A stretch of DNA of 64,000 bases from Hydrolagus affinis. Lineage: Eukaryota. The notes under the pieces are model-generated. The model was not told the origin of the DNA, searched no databases, and was given only the letters and a program-made list of their open reading frames with translations. Below, one piece after another: positions 62,001-64,000 of the stretch; positions within the stretch are counted from its first letter, which is position 1, and each line of letters opens with the position of its first letter. A program made the position numbers and the translations under genes. The stretch is taken from NCBI GenBank assembly GCA_012026655.1, contig JAAILG010000754.1, positions 1-64,000 on the forward strand. Direction: 5' to 3'.

Positions 62001-63006
62001 GATCACTGGAGTCCAATTTGTGCCAACACATGTAGATATAATTATGTTATTTACCAATACAAATGGATTATAGACTCACCTGAATTCCTTTTCAATGGTC
62101 CATTACATAACAGAGTCCATCGGTTGTTAGTCGATTGGCGGATTGCTTTCCGGGTTTTGGTAATCCCTCCAAAAACAAAACAAAATATTCGGTGGCTCAA
62201 TCCACGACTGAGTGCAATTGGCTGCTTCATTTCATCCACCAAATACACAGCCAATTCACTTTAAAATATATTCTAGCAAGCGTTCCTCAATGACATGATA
62301 AGGCGCTATATCAAATCCCAAGATTATAATTATTATTGTCAGGTTTGTGCTATTCTTGTCCTCCCGACGTGAAAGGCGCTCTATCAATGTAATTTTGTTG
62401 TTGTTTGATGTTGTATTCGTTTATCTCACAGCATAAATTTAGGTCGAGCAGATAATTCAGAAGTGAATCGCATTGAGGTCCTTTATGGTTTAGGCAACAA
62501 TTCAATACACATCATTGCAGTATACATGAAATGCTGCAAAAAACGTGGGTAATTCATATGCCCCTGAAATATTCAGACATCTACTGGTTAATTTTATAAA
62601 GGAGACATTTGTGCAAAACTTCCCAAATCAGGTTTTCGCAGTTTGTAAAGGTTAAGATTTGGGAGTAGGATTAATCAATTTTTCTTGTGTTCTACCTCAC
62701 TTTATTGCTGAGAATGGATATTTCTTCAATTCCAACAGTACATTTTACACTACATTTTACACTACAATTCCCCCAGCGGTGAGAAATGACAGGCAATATT
62801 CCACTGTATTAGTCCCAAAGCGATCTTTATACATACCGGTATCTCCTTGGTAAATTGAAGTATAAAATATCAGTTGAGATTTCCAGGCCACAACATCTAT
62901 AATTATAAGTAATAGTGTATCTGTGTGTGTCTTGAATGAAAAGCGTAGTTTGCATGAACATTATGTAGTTGAATTTTGTTGTTTGCTCACAAAATTCATT
63001 AAGCAC

Positions 63007-63178
63007 ATTGGTCACTTCAATCCATGACTGTTTGTGGGACACTGCTGATGTGCGCAATTGGCTGCCGCATTTTGCCCACTAATATACAGTCAATTCACTT
63101 GACTGTATATTCTGTACAGCGCTTTGAGACGTCCAGAAGATGTGAAAAGCGCTATATCAAATGCAAGGATTATTATTA
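63007..63178 (+). mobile_element. DeuSINE 3' half (more fragments at about 63200-63270 and 63530-63705)
   Basis: Core and tail match the family. Confidence 0.8.
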
Positions 63179-64000
63179 AAACAATTATTCCACTTTACTA
63201 TCTATCCTGTGAAGCACTTTGAGATGTCCTTCTGATGTGAAACGTGCTATACCAATTATAAGGATTATTTTTGTTTCCAAGCATGTTAAAGACAGTATAA
63301 TATCATTGGCAATGCTCTTTATTTGGAAGGGATTATCTCACTATACTGTCCTTGGTTTAGTTTTCTGTAAGACTTTTGATTTTATCTCTTGAAAGAACAA
63401 AACAATTTGTCAGTTTTCATAGCGTCTTTTATAGAGTTTTCTCTAAGCGCAAGATTTAAAGAGAGATAGTTGCTTTCAGAGTAGATGAATGGAAACTCCT
63501 AACAGATGAGTGTTTTATACAATTCTAAATTAAATTGGTGACTCACTCCATGACTGTTTGTGGGACGTTGCTGTGCGCAGCTGGCTGTCGTATTTTGGCC
63601 ACAAAATACACAAATCAGATCCATTTATAAAATATCTCCTGTAAAGTGCTTTGAGATGTCTCAATAATGTGATATCTCGCTATATCAAATGCAAGCATTA
63701 TTAAATTCTGCTTTCTTTGCCACCGATATCTGAAACCAGAGCGCAATGGCATTTTACAAAAGGTTCATGTATCTAGATTGCTGCTAGTTCTCTTCATTGT
63801 ACTTTCTCAATTCAACATCATTTTGAAAATATTGTGGTATTTTGTGGAGGGAATAACAAAACTGTAATATACGGGATATTATGTGTTGAAAGCATCTGAT
63901 GATCTTCTACGTGCAAGGCATTTATTAAAATGTTAAGGCTCACAAATTGAATTGCATATTAATTAGGTTGACTGTCTCCGAGTTACACAGAGAGACTTAT

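Noticed and set aside
1-64000. CRISPR arrays, operons or other prokaryotic systems
   Set aside because: No regularly spaced repeat-spacer array or dense gene packing. The sequence is spliced vertebrate DNA.

Overview
This is vertebrate genomic DNA. The repeat content suggests a cartilaginous fish, probably a chimaera or Callorhinchus-like species (inference). The whole window appears to lie inside the MAGI2 (S-SCAM) gene on the + strand. Three coding exons are visible: 14861-15079, 32085-32295 and 32576-32655. They have canonical AG/GT sites, splice in frame, and encode the end of the GK region, the acidic linker and WW1. The rest is intron, dense with a tRNA-headed DeuSINE, 3' fragments of L2 and CR1 LINEs, two Tc1/mariner-type MITEs, Penelope-like terminal fragments, microsatellites and a 100-N gap. 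Most ORFs in the supplied track are repeat-derived noise. The best leads are: a candidate alternative exon behind a 100-nt AG-free pyrimidine tract (about 50039); a covarying 3' stem-loop shared by the SINE and two L2 subfamilies; hammerhead-ribozyme relics in the Penelope fragments; inverted SINE pairs around frame-symmetric exon modules; and several unassigned segments that may be decayed protein-coding DNA. I found no firmly supported new biological system. Repeat boundaries are approximate, and comparisons to known proteins and consensus sequences are from memory.
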